Positions 38,369-39,731 of a stretch of DNA of 39,731 bases are shown here, one piece after another. A program made the translations under genes and the position numbers. Below the pieces are notes generated by a model, which was not told where the DNA came from, searched no databases, and saw nothing but the letters and a program-made list of their open reading frames with translations. The stretch comes from Spirochaetia bacterium (GTDB taxonomy: Bacteria; Spirochaetota; Spirochaetia; CAKZLE01): positions 1-39,731 of the forward strand of contig JAIPFY010000027.1 in NCBI GenBank assembly GCA_021736385.1, read 5' to 3'. The first letter of the stretch is position 1. Every line of letters begins with the position of its first letter.

Positions 38369-38869
38369 ATGAAAGAAGTTGAGATCACCCGAGCTATCGC
38401 AGGATGGGATAGGGAATTGGAACACGGGGTCTTTCTGACTACCGGGACCGGGACACAGGTTAACACGATGACCATAGCCTGGGGAGCAACCGGTAGATTC
38501 TGGAACAGACCCTGCATCACCGTCGCAGTACGTCACTCTCGCTACACCCACGATCTGATCGATCTGAGTGATCAGTTCGTCATCAGCATACCTGCAGCTG
38601 GAAGTCTGAAGCAGGAACTGAGTATCTGCGGGACCAGATCAGGCAGAGAGATCGATAAGTTCGATGCATGCTCACTGACACGGGAGTACGTCCCAGAGAC
38701 CACCATCCCCCTGATCGCCCAGTGTGAGTACCACCTGGTCTGCACCATAAGCTATAGACAATCGATGGATCCCCTTCTCATCGATGCTGAGTATGTGCAC
38801 CAGTCCTACACAGATCATGATCACCACACTATGTACTATGCTCAGATCATCAAGGCATATCAGAGCTGA
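38369..38869 (+). CDS. Flavin reductase-like (FMN-binding split-barrel) family protein
   Basis: TMTIAWGATGRFWNRPCITVAVRHSRYTHDLIDLSDQFVISI fits the flavin-reductase-like domain pattern. GGAGG SD. Confidence 0.6.
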   Translation: MKEVEITRAIAGWDRELEHGVFLTTGTGTQVNTMTIAWGATGRFWNRPCITVAVRHSRYTHDLIDLSDQFVISIPAAGSLKQELSICGTRSGREIDKFDACSLTREYVPETTIPLIAQCEYHLVCTISYRQSMDPLLIDAEYVHQSYTDHDHHTMYYAQIIKAYQS

Positions 38870-38956
38870 TCATACCTGAGATCGTATACCCCGTTCACCT
38901 GCAGCAGAGAGAACTGCAGGACTTGTACTATTGATGACTGCCGAACACAGAACGAC

Positions 38957-38988
38957 TGATGACAGGACTGCCAGCAGTCCTGTCATCA
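38957..38988. terminator. Perfect 14-bp hairpin between convergent genes
   Basis: TGATGACAGGACTG-ccag-CAGTCCTGTCATCA. A second 7-bp hairpin CCTGCAG-N9-CTGCAGG lies at 38907-38929. Neither is followed by a clear U-tract. Confidence 0.35.
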
Positions 38989-39056
38989 AGTGAGGATGCA
39001 TCTCCTATGCCGAAGTCAACCGGGAGGCTGATTCAGACAGGGTAGATCACCTTCGT

Positions 39057-39518
39057 TCAGTCATCGTTCATCTGTTCACTCACCAGAAAGAACTCACCTG
39101 CATCCTCGATGGCAGCCTCAACGCTATCTGCATCATCCCCGGTAATGATGAGGACCCCCTCTGTTGGAGTGATACTGGCAAAATCAACAGCTGCGAACCA
39201 GTCATGGACGTTGAACACCAGTTCCAGCGTATCCTCCTCACCCTCTGAGATCACCACTCCCTCAGGATCCTCGAACTTGAAATCCTCGGTATTAGCATAC
39301 GAATAGCTAAAAGAGGTCTCTCCTCCAGTATCATCATGATAGGTCCCTGTGATCAGTACGCTGAATCCTCCGGTAAGGACATCTGTCAGTTCCATCTCGA
39401 TCTTGGTATAGGTCCCCGGGGCAAGTCGTACCGTGCCGAACTCCTGCTCGGAGATATCACCCATGAGATCTACGGTGAAGGGCCCTGTGAACAGGGTCTC
39501 AAGATCATCAGAGTCCAC
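39057..39518 (-). CDS. Acidic hypothetical protein, possibly an N-terminally truncated or disrupted secreted protein
   Basis: 153 aa, very D/E-rich, and beta-strand-like (GTYTKIEMELTDV...). The frame stays open upstream of the first ATG until a stop near 39600 and codes ...IGLERIELKTAAIADDVDSDDL, with no start or signal peptide. Confidence 0.35.
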   Translation of the reverse strand: MDSDDLETLFTGPFTVDLMGDISEQEFGTVRLAPGTYTKIEMELTDVLTGGFSVLITGTYHDDTGGETSFSYSYANTEDFKFEDPEGVVISEGEEDTLELVFNVHDWFAAVDFASITPTEGVLIITGDDADSVEAAIEDAGEFFLVSEQMNDD

Positions 39519-39731
39519 ATCATCTGCTATAGCAGCGGTCTTCAGTTCGATCCTCTCCAGCCCGATGAGCGCCGTATCGATCTCATAGTAGGGATTGAAC
39601 TAAACCGCTACGCGGTGGATTAAGAAATTTCTCATAGACACCGTATCTTCATTTGAACATCGGCTTTGACCTCATATATGATATTTTCATGTGCTGTCAG
39701 CACATAGAAATAATCATTCACTATGAGGAGT

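Noticed and set aside
38113-38382. 89-aa plus-strand ORF just upstream of the flavin-reductase-like gene
   Set aside because: No SD, no motif, and it overlaps the start of the flavin-reductase-like gene. It is treated as part of the noncoding gap or leader.
1-39731. Search for CRISPR arrays, transposases, integrases, tRNA or rRNA genes
   Set aside because: No short direct-repeat arrays, no DDE or tyrosine-recombinase-like ORFs, no tRNA-like cloverleaf sequences and no rRNA signatures were seen. The window appears to be core or accessory metabolism without mobile elements.

Overview
This 39.7-kb window looks like a chromosomal region of a saccharolytic, probably diderm bacterium. Gene content, lipobox-like signals and a LolA-like gene are compatible with a spirochaete-like organism, but that is inference only. 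I found no rRNA, tRNA, CRISPR array, transposase or integrase.

Plus strand, 228-8734:
- A GGDEF diguanylate cyclase with a polytopic membrane N-terminus.
- A tightly packed 7-gene operon: YtrA-like GntR regulator, SPFH/band-7 protein, MacB/LolD-type ABC ATPase, two FtsX-type permeases, a LolA-like periplasmic protein and a predicted outer-membrane beta-barrel. A sigma70-like promoter overlaps two palindromic operators upstream of the regulator.

Minus strand, 36965 down to 8819, a 28-kb unidirectional array:
- A ROK regulator with a ribose-type ABC importer (two permease genes flanking a 2-NBD ATPase, one binding protein), an RbsD/FucU mutarotase, a Zn polyol dehydrogenase and an aldo-keto reductase.
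- A translationally coupled 4-gene sensing module: membrane-anchored binding protein, LytS/YesM kinase, YesN (REC-AraC) regulator and a XylF-like lipoprotein. It sits directly upstream of a XylFGH-like transporter.
- An orphan 494-aa protein with a central 2-TM hairpin and no recognisable domain.
- An FbpABC-like importer with a fused 12-TM permease, an OmpR/PhoR-like two-component system and a phosphohexomutase.

Window end, 37107-39731: a 1.26-kb gene-free gap, a flavin-reductase-like gene and a probably truncated acidic ORF.

Most worth following up:
- The composite envelope-export operon at 2056-8734.
- The four-component sugar sensor at 23091-28238.
- The orphan membrane protein at 17189-18673, which shares a near-identical extended -10 promoter plus ~30-bp leader element with the neighbouring binding-protein operon.
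- A tandem pair of perfect 10-bp palindromes at 18917-18949.
- The long noncoding gap with an SD-preceded 55-codon small ORF.

Starts marked 'M' in the ORF track are in several cases GTG.
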